Positions 51,500 through 64,000 of a DNA stretch of 64,000 nt are shown one piece after another. The notes beneath the pieces are model-generated. The model did not search any database, was not told where the DNA came from, and saw only the letters and a program-made list of their open reading frames with translations. Source of the stretch: Bispira polyomma (lineage: Eukaryota); contig OZ287755.1 in NCBI GenBank assembly GCA_965649765.1, positions 59,396,001 to 59,460,000 on the forward strand. The letters are read 5' to 3'. The translations under genes and the position numbers were made by a program. Numbering within the stretch: the first letter of the stretch is position 1; each line of letters opens with the position of its first letter.

Positions 51500-52729
51500 C
51501 TAACTATTTTTTACATTCTGGTTATCAGATTGCTTGCTGGAATTTACCTTAAAACATTTAAATTCAGGGTGGTTAGATTCTTTTCCGAGGACTTTGGAAC
51601 AGTACCAACATTGATGTTTGTAGTTTCCATGGTCATTTTTGTGACTGCATTTACCGTTGTTAAAGAGCTTACATATTGTCCTGTGTTCATTGGTCTGAGA
51701 GGTAACTTGATGGTGATTGTTAACCATGGCCAATTGGGACGCACTCATCCGATTCAGCGCCCATTGCGTGTGATCCTGCCACGTTAAATGCCCCTCCTCG
51801 ACTTCATGCATATTAGAGGCCCATGCAGTTCTCACTACCGGCCATGGAAGCGACGAAGCGTCTCGCAATGCGAAAACAATCTGGGTCATCATATCCCTCA
51901 TTGCTGTATTGTCTGCAACCAGCAGGGCGTTGGATATTTGGCCTGCTGTCCCCATTGTGGGAGTGACAGATCGTCATAGGTGGGGCGTTTACACGCAAAA
52001 GTGGAGACGTTGGTTGCTAAGCAGCCCTCGTTCGGCCAACGATACCTAGGGTCGACTGTGGCAACATCGGTAGAATTAAATCTGCCAGACTTAACTCTCT
52101 GGGCGGTCTTACCTTGAGATAGTTCTCTCTGAGCTAGAGATTCGTAGCAAGCCAGCTGCCGTGTCACTGCTGACTGAACATCAGGCATAGAGCGTAGTGT
52201 CTAAGTTGGGAACAATTCCATCCCTGTTATACTCGTGTGGTGTGGGCCCCAGTTGTGGCTGCGGAAATCCCCGACCGTCCCTGAACCCGACATCTGACGG
52301 GGGAGTGTATCTGGGCAGTGGTAAACTGGTAGCAATATTGCTGGCCCGTCCGAGAATAGAAGCACTGTTCGTGGTTTGACTAGTACAGGTACCCGAGTTA
52401 CTGCCTGAGGCCGTTTTCGCTTCTACTTTCTCCAGCCTGGACTCTAATCGTCTTAGAATTGCCAACATCTCGTTGGGAGGATCAGCCCCTGCGTGGGATG
52501 TAGCCGGTGGGTGTATGAATTGTGAATCTACCTGGAACGAGTCAGCACTCGACGGTCGAGTTATAGGTTCCTCTACTTCATTAAGGTGGCTATGAAGATT
52601 GCGAACAATATTGTTAGTTACCTGTAGTTCATCTGTCCCAGTGGTAGGTTTTGACACCTTTGTTTTACGGCTCGCTGGTTTCTTTGGCTGAACGGGAGTC
52701 TTTTTTGTTCTACCCATTTCAATTCTCAC
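51500..52729 (-). pseudogene. gag-like ORF1 in three frameshifted pieces, with C-terminal zinc finger
   Basis: Basic N-terminus (MGRTKK), coiled segment (LRRLESRLEKVE), KSGR, YDDLSLPQW, WPVVRTAW and CKLFNNGKC...HQCWYC...HPEFKC. Confidence 0.8.
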
Positions 52730-53048
52730 ACAAATCCAATAGCACCTTCCTTATAGTATAAAACAGGCTAAAATATAACTTTTAAAACCATAAACTAAAA
52801 ACCAAGTTCATATAACTCCCCATGGAAGTTAAAATATTTTTGGTTGTTGTTTCTTCAATGTCGAATTTCAATATGGAGGTGTAGCCCCAGAAAAACCGGG
52901 AATAGCTAATTAATTAAGGAATTTGATTGGCCCTTGTAGTTATGATAGAATGTACTGAGGATAGCTATACCTAAAATTTTTTAAGGTCAAGTGATATAAT
53001 TAACGTGGACTGAGATAGCAGTCCCCTGAAGTAGACGTGCTTGACACA

Positions 53049-53054
<6 letters not shown>

Positions 53055-53098
<44 letters not shown>
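53055..53098. repeat. (TA)n microsatellite
   Basis: Seen directly. Confidence 0.95.
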
Positions 53099-53104
<6 letters not shown>

Positions 53105-53757
53105 AGTAAAGCATATTGTGTTGCTATGTATACAAAATCTAGATGTTATTTACTTCTTTGAAAATCTATTTATTGTGTTGGCTTATTGTGCCCCTCCCCT
53201 CCCCCCCCCCCCCCCCCAATATTAACTTTTGATAACCGATGAACATGAGGAAGGTTCATATTTAAGAAGTGCTTACCAAACCTCCTTAAAATAAAGGTCT
53301 CCTTAAATTTGAGGGTTTCCTTAGATTTCCTCATTCATTTGATAATATGCTTTTCACTAGCCGTCAGTTTTCACTTATATTCAAGGATTCATGGAGACCC
53401 TAATTTTAAAGGCTCCTTCATTCAATCTCAAGGACACCTCCTTCCTTAATAAAGGGAGTGTCACAAAACCTCTTCAAATTAAAGGAGGCCTTAAAATTTA
53501 TGGTTTCTTCCTTAAATCTTAAGAAAACTCAGAAGGTACCTTAGTTTCCTCTTTTAGATAAATAATTAAGTATTTTCTTAATTTATGCATACCTTTGATG
53601 GTGTTTTTTCCTGTTTATTGTTTATAAGTGTTATGCAAACATGTAAGAAAGAAATAGTTCCTTAAGTTAATTTTTATCTGAAAAGTAATTGTCTTCATAC
53701 TAATTACCTATACTGTAGCAGCCATAAGTACTTTAACAGTCCATCCCAAATTGTGGT

Positions 53758-54015
53758 GGGGGCCACGATGGCCTAGTGGTTAGCAAGCATTGCGCTTCAC
53801 AATCACTGGTCTCTCACCTCTGGGCAGCGTGAGTTCGAATCCCGTCGATGCGTATGTGGGAAAGGTGGTAGTTCCTTCCTGTGGGCCGCTGGTTTCAGTG
53901 CAGAACCTTGACCGACTGTATGCAGTGTTTCCTCTAGCGTTTCCATCTACCTGTCCCAATATAACCTATTAAAAGGTACTAGAGTGGACGTTAAGTATCA
54001 CAATTCAAATTCAAA
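53758..54015 (+). mobile_element. tRNA-derived SINE family A, copy 5
   Basis: TSD CCCAAATTGTGGT at 53745-53757 and 54016-54028. Confidence 0.93.
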
Positions 54016-56609
54016 CCCAAATTGTGGTTTTCTTTAAATGCTAGTGTTTGAAGGTGTTTATGCACTCTACTGAGTTTTAAAGGAACAAAATGCAGGAAAT
54101 AGGAATTTTATGTCAATAAGTACTTGTAGAAATACTTGTAACATGTGTACCTTCATTTTTTCTAGTTGGTTGTACCCCATATAATTACTGGTAAATATGC
54201 ACTGGAACTTCACCAGAACAAACTATCACATTTTGTAAAAAGAATATTAACTTACTAAACCATATTCAAAACATTTAGAAATAAAAAACACTGAATATTT
54301 TTTAACATTAGATAAAAGTGCTTAAGATAATACGTCCTGTATTCTTCAATATAATTTGGCTTACTCAAACACACTGTTTGAAAAATCAATGACGAGTTTA
54401 TTGTATATTACTATAAAAATCCTTTTTCCATCATTTCTGAATTGTATATATTTTTTTTCAAAGAAAAAATTCAGAAAAACATGCACACATATTGTATGCT
54501 CCATGGAATGTCTTTTTGAGGAGACCTTTGGTAACAGGTGCTAAAAAGTAAATTATACCAAAGTCATGTTTAAAAAATAGGTGGAAACTATCACAATTTT
54601 AAATAAATTGTATATTATAATATAAAAACAACAACAAGCACAATTATTTATGCAGCAAGAACAGTGAAACAATAGTACTTTACAATACAAACTCCTATAT
54701 GCTTTATATTGCTAAGGTCATTCCCTACCCCACAGGACAAAGTGTGAAAAAAGACACAGTGGGATTTGAAACATTCATTTTCTACTCTACTTTGTTTTGT
54801 ATAGTATTTACAATTTAAAACATTATTATGACTTTTTCCAGAGATGTTTTTTTAAGAGTGCACTGTCAATGCACCCAAGCATAAGGTTACGATATAAGCT
54901 GTTATATTCTTTATAAAACACCCGATCATAATGCGCTCATGCTACTTTAAAAGTTACTAGGGGAATGGTATGGCCCCAATCACACGATGCAAATTAATCA
55001 AAAGACTGTAAAATTTTAGTTTTGGATTCTTTGAATTACTTTATAAAGATTTGAATTTTAAAAATAATAATTTTTGTAAACATTTAAAATCTTTTTAATG
55101 AAGAAAAATTATGGAAGTTATGGCCAATTATTAGTTAAGTTATAAAAATTTTTGAAAAAATAAATTGTTCCAAAGTTTACAGCAATAAGTAAATGCCCTC
55201 AGATGGTCTGTAGTGCCCTCTCCTTTGAGAATGAGGGCTGTCCATTAGAATAAAACAGGTCAAATGAAATCTGAGGATTCTCTGCTGGGGTATAATATTA
55301 GAGGTTTAAAACACAAAAGGTAAGGAGACATAGTGCTTTTAAACCATTGAACAATACATCCACACATTCAGAATTCTATTTGTCAAATATAATTACAATT
55401 ATTTAATTACAATTTTATTTACAATTATGAAGGACTGAATAAACTCAATTACTCAATTACAGTTTCAATTACAGAGCTTCAATTATAATTACAATTACAC
55501 AGTTCAAACTTACATTTCAATTACAAAACTTCAACTGTTGTCTTAAATTACTCATAATTTAAGCATTTTTCTATAAAATTATGTTCAGCAAAAACATTGT
55601 GGGATGAAAGTAATATCAAAAAGGGAAAATTCAATTACTGTTTCATTAGCAGTTTCCTGTAACTAATTAGCATAAGGAAATGTAGATACTCTAGGTACTC
55701 TTCCTTCACTGGGTTTGACTAGTTTAAAGGATTATATCTCCACAAAGCCAATTTTGTCATTTTGTTACATCTATATAATGACATATATAATAAATAAGGG
55801 ACAATTAATACCGTCTCAACTCCAACCAACTCGTCAACATAATTTAACCAACTGCCCACAAAATCTTGCTACTTCAAATAGTTTATTTATATGTATTCCA
55901 ATAGTTGATTAAGTCAGAGCAATGTGGGTGATATGCAAAACCTCTCAGATCAGACCGTTTAATTTCCTAATATGAAAGTCAGTGCTTAAAAAAGGTCATT
56001 TACATAAACCTAGTTTAGGATATAAAAAAGTCAAAATAAATAAGTGCTAGATTACGAAATCACATAGACTAGCGATAGAATACATTGAAATATTTATGTT
56101 TTGTGCCAGGTTTGGTTGGTTCCGAGTTGGTTTCAGTGGTAGTAAGTTTTTTTTAGTTTGTTGCAATGATGATGACTTGACTGTATACACTTATAACCAC
56201 TTGGTATCCATGGACCCTAGTTGGTGCCTGGATGACCCTAGTTGGTGCTTGGATGAGAGACTCTGTAACAGTTCTCCATCTGGTGTGGCATGAATGCCGC
56301 ATGGTTGATGACACTTTTGGGGTACAGCTGTCTTTGTGGTGGTTTTGGTGGTAGCAATTCCCTCCAGTATGGATTGTACCTCTGTGCATAATGTAAATTG
56401 TATGGTACAAACTGATCAACTTGAGTTGGAGGTTGTTCATGCAAGGCAAAGTTAGCAGGCATACAATGTGTGCCGAGGTTAGATTGGGCTGAAGCACTGT
56501 ATTGTCCAGACTGTGGCTCAGGTGGCAGGCAAGGATGTTGTAAATGTTTTGTATTTACCACTCCATGTGGCGATGTCAACTGATGCGGCAAAAGAAATGG
56601 CAATGGTAT

Positions 56610-57956
56610 TCAACTTCTGCTTACATTTTCCAAGTACTTGGTTTTTCTTGCGTCAATCTTCCTAGTGTACATTTCTCCTCTTGCATAGGCAGAAGATTCA
56701 TAATAACTGTGACTGGGAACCTTGTAGTTACATTGTTCTTTTGGTTTCCCTCCATCTAAATGGTTCATCCATTGCTTGGCTTTATTGATGTGATAGTTAG
56801 GACACATATTGTCAGGATATGAGTCTGGAAAAGGCCTTTCAAAAGATGGCTGTAAAGAATGAAAACTCGGTAGTACTTTGCAAAGGGGTTTGGCTTGATT
56901 TGCCTTTGACTGATCTTGCCCAGACTGCATTGGCCTATATGGTGAAGTAGTGACTGTACCTTGGTCATGTTTTGATATTTGTTGTTTTATTAAATGCCAC
57001 TTGTCTTTTATTAAGCTTGTATTGGTGAACTTTGGAGATATCAATGATTCTTCTTTTACAGAATGCTGTAAGTCAGTTTGTTTCTTATCCTTATTACAGC
57101 TGTTTTGATCAGAAGTTGGAAAACTGTGGATATAGTTATTGTATGGTTGATATTTTGTATTTTTAGTCTTCTGCGGGAGTCTTGTTGCTTCACAGTTAAA
57201 ATTTGTATGGTTAACCGGTTCCTTGTTAGCTTGAGTTAGTTTGTTTTGACAGTCATTCAAGAAATATCTCCTTGTAGGGAAGCTCAAGTGCGCTTCATAT
57301 TTTACGTTGGATTTTTGCTCTCCTTGTCGAAATGGGATGTTACTATATCCGGGTGTACTATTTATGTTGAGATCAATATAATCCAGCTTGTCACATTCAG
57401 TATTTGAAGTACAATATGGACTCTCATTATCACCACTCTCATTAATTGGCCTTAGTGTATCGGTGACATTATAATTACTCGTGTTTATGCCCATTGTGAC
57501 AGGTGAATTATCCCACACTATCCTATTGCACCCTACAGTGTCCATTTTAATTGTGGGATATCCATCTTCCTTTGGTTTACTCTTGTTACAGTAATTACTC
57601 CACTGATCAATTGTTGTAAATCTTTTGTCTCTCAGCTCATTCATAGTACAGTTCCTTTTGGCAGTCACCATTTCCCCATTGAGGGACATGACACCTTCAT
57701 TAGTGTAGAGATCATTTCTAGGGAAATTTGCAGAATCTGACACCTCACCATTACTAAACTGCATCTTGTCAGAAGTAGGAAGACCGATGACACCCGGTGA
57801 ACAATCTGTATTTGTATCTAATTTGCTGGGCTCTTTAATGCAAGGTATAATATTCGAACTAATTAGGCTTGCTTCTAAGATATCTTTTGTCTTGTCAAAA
57901 TAGTGCTCTGGTGATTCAAGCCATTGAATGTTCCCTTTGTGATTGTCGTCATAAAT

Positions 57957-57989
<33 letters not shown>

Positions 57990-60900
57990 TGATATATCAC
58001 TGACATCTATCTGCAGGAGTGTTTGTATGGTATCTTTGATATGTAGACCAAATGTATCCTGCCCTTTTACATGGAAATATGATGGCTTTCCTGGTTCCTT
58101 TTCAAAGGTATCGTTGTTCTTCTCTTTACTTAGCACACCTACTCCATCAACACAATTTAAAGAATCTGGTTTTCTATCTGGGTTGTTACTACACTGTGAG
58201 GTGTTAACAAGTTCAGAAAGCTTCTGTGAGTAATATGAGTCTGTATTTCCAGGTTTATAATTATGTATACTAATTGTATTTTGTGCTGCTTCTTCAGTGC
58301 TTGGATCTTTGTGGATAGCATATTTTAAGTCATTGTGTATGTTATTATATTTTTTGTACATCTGACAATGTTGATTTGCCATTTCTTCTATATGCTTTTG
58401 CACAAAAATATCACTGTGCTTATTAGATTTACTATCTAGGTTTGTCATCAGAACTGCAGACGTATAACTTCCTCGCTGTTGTTTGTCTTTCAAATTTTCT
58501 CCACTCGTACTGATCTCGCAAGATCTTCCTGCAGTATCTTTATCGGGTACTTTACTGATATCGGTAATACGCTGTGGACATTTTTCATAGTTCTTCATAT
58601 ATATGTTATTCTCTATGCATTTAGGTTGAACAAGTTTGAACCCTCCAAACACCACTTTTGAATTTTCATATACCGATAAACACTCTCCATATTTAGTTCC
58701 ATTACCACCATTTTGCTTTTGATTTATCTGATGGTTGTGTGTGCTGTTCGAAACATTAGTTTTAGTGTCAATAGCTTGATCAGCAAAACCATTAGTTTGA
58801 AGTTTGCTGTCACTCTCATTTTGACTTATTTGTGATCCCAGCTGAAATATACCATTAGGTTTAGATTCTACGGATATCCAGACTTTAGATTCAGCATTTG
58901 TTATCTTGTCATTGTCTTCCTGAACTGCAGAATTCTGCTTTGCTGGATCAGTAAGTTGCTTTATTGTTCTGCATTTTATATTACTAGAACCAGGCGCCAC
59001 CGGTATATATGTAGCCTCACTTGAGGTATTGACATATGTCCCATTATATTGTAATAGCTGAAAATCTTTTGGACAATTTTGACAATCACCATCAATCAAC
59101 TTGGTCACATCTGTAAATTTAGACAAGCTTAATTTTTTTGCAGGAGCATTGCTCTTTGCAATTGGACATTTGGCTTTGGGAAAGACATTTTTGGGTTTTT
59201 TGAGCCCTTTGAAATGATTCGGACGTGCTATTGCATTCAAGCCATATTTTCCTGAATATTTTGGTTTGACTAGAAGAGGATCTATGTTAAAACCAAAACA
59301 ATGTTTTCCTTTAAATTTATTCTTAACACCTTTCCTGTCTAGTATTTGGGCAGCTTGGGTGATCGATCGATACATCTGTTTCTTATTTGTTAATGTTTTA
59401 CATTCTGGTGTATTCAATTGTCCCTTACCCGAAATGAAACAGTCAACAGCAAGCCTTGCCACATTTTCTGTGCTCTCCTTTGGACTGGAACTTGAACTTA
59501 GTAGTGTCTGATCTGAATCTCCTGTGTCAGAATGTTCACTTTCCTCTCCAAAAGTGTGTGATATCATCTTCATCTTTGCAATATAACTTTTAAAAGGGGA
59601 GTAGCTATTCTTAGTAGTATTTGGTTGTTCTCTTTTAGCAGCACCAGGCTGTTCAATGTCCAATGGTTCATATGGACCATTTAAAGCAGCGTTACCTGAA
59701 GAAATATTGGACACTTCATCTGGACCAGTGCTACATTCATCTCTATTAGGTCTAGTACAATGAATAGGGAGAGATGCATGGTCGACAGCAGTACTATGCT
59801 GTTCAGACGCCAGTTCTGTCGGACAAACGATTTCATTGATGTCTGAAGGAACTTTCACAGATCTATTTTCGATGCTAATACGTAGTTGGTCATTCTTCCA
59901 GATAACATCAACTGTACCTTGAGCCTCTTTAGTGATAGCGTTTGTCACACATATGGAAGGGGTCTCTTTTACAGAATTATGTTTTGGGTGTATGTGAAAA
60001 GCCATTGTTGTCTCATCTTCCACCGTGTTTGTGTCAGTTGTTGGTATGCTTTGGGAATTGTCATCAGATGTCATTGTTACACCATTGCAGTTCCTAAAGC
60101 TATCGGATGGTTTTTGTTGAGCGTCCTTTGTGTCAGAGTTCTGTTTAATAGAACACAGTTCATCATTTAGAACAGAGCTGGCAGATAATTCCTTCTTGTA
60201 GTCATCAAGATCAGTTTCCTTCATAGTATTTCCTTCATCATAGTCACTTCCAGAAATAGTGTCATCACAATATACATTTCCAGCATTAGGCACTGTTTTG
60301 TTTGCATCAGAACAATTTGTTTCATTTAAAGATATCTTATAGAACGACGAATCTACAGTCTTTTCACTGTTTTGACATTGTTTTGTACTGATAATATCAG
60401 ACTTGTCCACATCCAATTCACCGTTGGTATCATTGGTTGTGCAATTCTGTTCAGTGTGGTGACTGTTTTCTGTAGCTGTAAGGTCATGTGTAGTGGCAAC
60501 ATATTCATTGTTGAGGTATGCCGTTTCTACAAGAGTATGCCTACTGCTTGTAGGCTGACTAATTTCAATGTTGACATTGTCCATATCATTAGAACCAGTC
60601 TGCCCATTGTCCGTTAAATCTTTGCCTACAGTATCAATGATACTTGTGTGAGTATTCTGAAACCAAGAAAGAGCATTTCGATAATCATTAGGCAAGTTGC
60701 CCCTAGGGCCATTAATTGCAATACTCTCTTTACATTTACCAGATACATCTGTCCCCATACTGTTTATTCCATTATCCCTCACATGCATAATGTTAGTCTC
60801 CATAATTTTAGAGGCCAACTCTGCAACGTTGTCAGTATTTGGGCATTCAGTTCCGTCTATTATAATATTTGTATTCTCGGTGCTGCATGGCAAGTATCTG

Positions 60901-61297
60901 ACATTCTTCCTAAAATGATTTACATTATCATCTACTCCTGACATGACCACTTTTACATCTTTTGATATACTATAGTCTTCAAGATCACAAATATTTTCCT
61001 TACATATCATAGTGTCAAAATCATCAATATCTGTACCATTAATCTCAATAATTTTTGAAGTAGTTTCCATAACCTCCTCAATGTCGTCACATGTTCTGCC
61101 ATTAATGATATACTTATTAGCATACTGAAGGTACACAGGTTTACAGGTGGCTGTAGGCTGTTTATGTAAGTCTTTTTGTTGCTCTGTCATCATTTCTTTC
61201 TCGTCCGTTTCTCTTCTGTTGCTACTGTACAGAGATGCAAGCTTTCTTCGCTTTGGTGGATATATGTCTGGCAGAAGTAGGTCATCTGCTGCTGTGG
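56610..61297 (-). CDS. Giant exon of an uncharacterised large, low-complexity (probably disordered, nuclear) protein
   Basis: Acceptor tttttcag| at 61298, phase 1. Open for ~1560 codons in AT-rich DNA, with PPKRRK (NLS-like), a poly-D tract and S/T/N/D/K richness. No domain recognised. Confidence 0.85.
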
Positions 61298-61719
61298 CTG
61301 AAAAAGTTTTATCAGGTAATTTTCATTGCAACAAAACACATGAATTGAAATGATGATGATGTGTTAACTAACTAAAATATGATCCAGACATTAAACTTGT
61401 CTTCTAGTTGTGTAAATATTTGCAGACAGCCTGAATTGTTGATTTTTGATTTTGGTGATAAAGTCAGGCCTATACGGAACAGTAAAAAGGGCCACCTAAA
61501 TTTTTTTTCTATATATATATCTTGATAAATCTACTTTATGTATCTCGACTTATCAAGCTATTTATCCCAATTATCAACATAAATGTACATTTTCATTAGG
61601 TACTGTCCCTAAGTATTTATATATGTGTACAATTTTTAAGGAGTCACTTCTGAGCTCAAAAGAAAATTTAGTACAGGGTCACATAAAGCATACTTTGTAG
61701 GTCTTCCTCTGAATGCGGG

Positions 61720-61975
61720 AATACTGAAATGTCATCTGCATAAAGAGTAGGTGATAATGTATCTTCTTGGCATAAACCAATATTGCTAATAAATAATTAG
61801 GTGGAATATAATTAGATAGATAGTTGTTAATTAATACCAGGTCACTGCGCAAATATTGAAATGTCATCTGCATAAAAAGTAGGTGATAATGTGTCTTCTT
61901 GATGTAAACCAATATTGCTAATAAATCTGTTAGTTAGGTGGCATATAAGTAGATACTTAGTTGTTAATTAATAGA
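61720..61975. repeat. ~132-bp tandem duplication (x2), intronic
   Basis: AATA.TGAAATGTCATCTGCATAAA.AGTAGGTGATAATG...AAACCAATATTGCTAATAAAT occurs twice. Confidence 0.85.
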
Positions 61976-62156
61976 AGGGCAATGACCATAAAATAGAAGA
62001 AAAATTCTGTTAGAGCAAGTAATTTTACTTTACACCACTACTGAGTGAGAAGGTGAAATGAAGGTGGGGAAGAGATGTACAAATAGAGACCATTCCGACT
62101 GTGGTGTGACTTCTTGTTGATAGAATTAAATAAAATGTTATATCAATTATAGAGTA

Positions 62157-62490
62157 TACAGAGAAGTTTGTATATACAGACCACCCAAGACCACCCTCTA
62201 AGTGGTCATTATTTACAGGTGGTCTTAATATAGAGGTTAAATATGATTAAACTTTTGTCTTTGGGGAAATTAGAGTTTGATCTTTATACAGGGATGGTCT
62301 CTGTATAGAGGTTGTCTCTCTATAGAAGTTGTCTCTCTATAGAGGTGGTCTCTCTATAGGGGTAATCTCTCTATAGAGGTTGTCTCTCTATAGAGGTGGT
62401 TTCTCTATAGGGATAATCTCTCTATTGGGGTGTTCTCTCTATAAAGGTGATCTTTCTTTAGAGGTGGTCGCTCTAGCAGGTTTGGCTGTA
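62157..62490. mobile_element. Tc1/pogo-like MITE with internal ~19-bp degenerate repeats (GAGGTGGTCTCTCTATA)
   Basis: TA-CAG ... CTG-TA ends, GACCACC/GGTGGTC subterminal motifs and an internal array. Confidence 0.55.
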
Positions 62491-63013
62491 TGTCTTACAT
62501 ATAAAGCATTCATCTTTAGTAAACATTACGGATACAGAAGCATAGTAACACAAAATAAATTTATGTTCTATTTGTTAACTTAGTAAGTCAATAAATCGAT
62601 ATACCTAAGTCTATTTGTGTAGCCAGTAAGTCCACAATTAATTCAAGACAAGTTGATTTATCGAGATATTAAGAAAATCGACCAACAACAACTAAAAAAA
62701 AAATATTCAAACTTTGCCCATTTGCAGGCCTAGAATTATTTCAATATGTTTAATACACGTCTTGGCCTTTAGAACCCTATGTTATGGACAAGCTGTTCCT
62801 CTCAATAGCAAATTGTTTGCACAGCAAAATTCCACAATTTTAGTAAAAATAATTCTTTTTGAAAATTGCAAATTTATGTTGCATATCCAATTATGTAGAC
62901 ATATGTGCCTGTATGCTTTAAATAACTGACGGTATATCGTATTGCTGCTTGCTTTGAATTGCACTGCTTCCATTGTTGCAGCAGATGTATTGGCATTTAT
63001 TCTTTGTTCTTAC

Positions 63014-63302
63014 CATCGGTTGTAGGATCCAATTCACCAATGTGATTTATGCTGGTGTCTCTTGGCATATGTCCTCCAGTAACCTCCACACTAGAATCAT
63101 GGGTAGTGACGTCATCGGTGACGTCATCACAGGTAGCACCTTGTGTGGCAGCTACCAGTGTGTCAAAAGGAAGCCTGGCAAACTTCACCATTGGATGCCA
63201 CCTCCCAGTCATGAGTTGTTCTGTGGTTTGACTTCCATACACTGGTACCTTTGGTAGCTGGATCTTTCTGTTGTTTTCTTCTTCCATGGAGATTAGCTTA
63301 TT
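63014..63302 (-). CDS. Upstream internal exon of the same large-protein gene
   Basis: ttcttcag| acceptor and G|gtaaga donor (phase 1), which joins in frame to 61297 (G+CC = Ala). Encodes NKLISMEEE...WHPMVKFARLPFD...DPTTD. Confidence 0.75.
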
Positions 63303-63351
63303 CTGAAGAATAGAGAAGTACAATTCATGTTTTATAAAGTGGTATTGGGGG

Positions 63352-63635
63352 ACGGGGGCTCTCAGATGTAACGGTCACACACTGTCGCCCCAGTTTTACA
63401 GTCCTGGGTTCAATTACCTGCCTTTACATGTATGTTGGAAATTTAGCAGTAGTTATATAACTGTCTTTTTCACTCACGTACACATGCTTCGTTCCCAAGT
63501 TATACTACTAGCAGTAGACTTGCTGAAGGCTGGTGGTTTGCCCAGTAGAAAACCTAGACTAACTACCCTGCTCTGAATGCACCTATTTGAACTGCATGTC
63601 ATGATATGATGCAATACATGTTGAAAGTGACTTAT
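63352..63635 (+). mobile_element. Degenerate tRNA-headed SINE (related to ~6920-7135)
   Basis: B-box-like GGGTTCAATT. The block GCAGTAGACTT...TGAAGGC...TGGTTT...AAAACCT...ACTACCCTG is shared with ~6990-7055. Confidence 0.5.
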
Positions 63636-64000
63636 CTGGACTAATTAGAGTGGACACTGCAAATCTATATAATATGTGCAGTGGAGATGAGTGAATGCAT
63701 ACTTTATTGGAGATTAGATGATGGCTTTACTGGCAGAATAATGGACCGGGGCCGATGATAAGAAGGCCATCCTTTAATCATCAATAAAGTACAAGCTTGA
63801 GGACATTATTTCTATTATAAAGACTGACAATAGTATATTTTAAAGCAAATAATAAGGTATTTTCAAAGTTACTGTGAACTATTTGTATACTTACTGACGG
63901 AACTATTTATCCATACTTTATTCACTCAGATAAATTACTGCTGCGAATTGTGCAATGGCGGCTTTTGTGTTGTATGTGCACTTCCGGTCTTTATAATTGC

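Larger units (their letters stand above)
47570..53050 (-). mobile_element. Tyrosine-recombinase retrotransposon (DIRS order, Ngaro-like), near-complete with several frameshifts
   Basis: Order is gag, RT, RNase H, YR on one strand, with no recognisable methyltransferase after RNase H. Boundaries are approximate; the (TA)n at 53055-53098 abuts the 5' end. Confidence 0.9.

Noticed and set aside
56610-56612. Selenocysteine codon
   Set aside because: No redox motif context, and I could not identify a SECIS element downstream by eye.
58027-60941. Plus-strand ORFs overlapping the giant exon, and likewise those opposite RT and YR
   Set aside because: They are antisense shadows of real coding sequence with no independent signal.

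Overview
AT-rich, intron-containing animal genomic DNA. The repeat content resembles a mollusc or other lophotrochozoan, which is an inference. Host genes: (1) the last five exons of a TRAF-family gene (TRAF zinc fingers, coiled coil, MATH domain; + strand, 7502-12754); (2) two tandem single-exon TMEM45/DUF716 paralogues (22515-23333 and 44595-45479) inside a local segmental duplication, one of which has lost five of six family histidines; (3) two exons of a large low-complexity protein gene on the - strand, including a ~4.7 kb exon. The rest is mostly transposon-derived: a young tRNA-derived SINE family (5 copies, each with a TSD), L2/CR1, RTE and L1/Tx1 LINE fragments, several TIR elements, a decayed PIF/Harbinger element and a near-complete Ngaro-like tyrosine-recombinase retrotransposon (~47570-53050, -). 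The best candidates for novelty are: (a) a phase-matched splice donor/acceptor pair that would fuse gag to the tyrosine recombinase and skip RT/RNase H; (b) histone-mRNA-type 3' stem-loops after both convergent genes of the Harbinger relic; (c) the histidine-stripped TMEM45 paralogue. All calls come from reading the sequence by eye; no searches were run.
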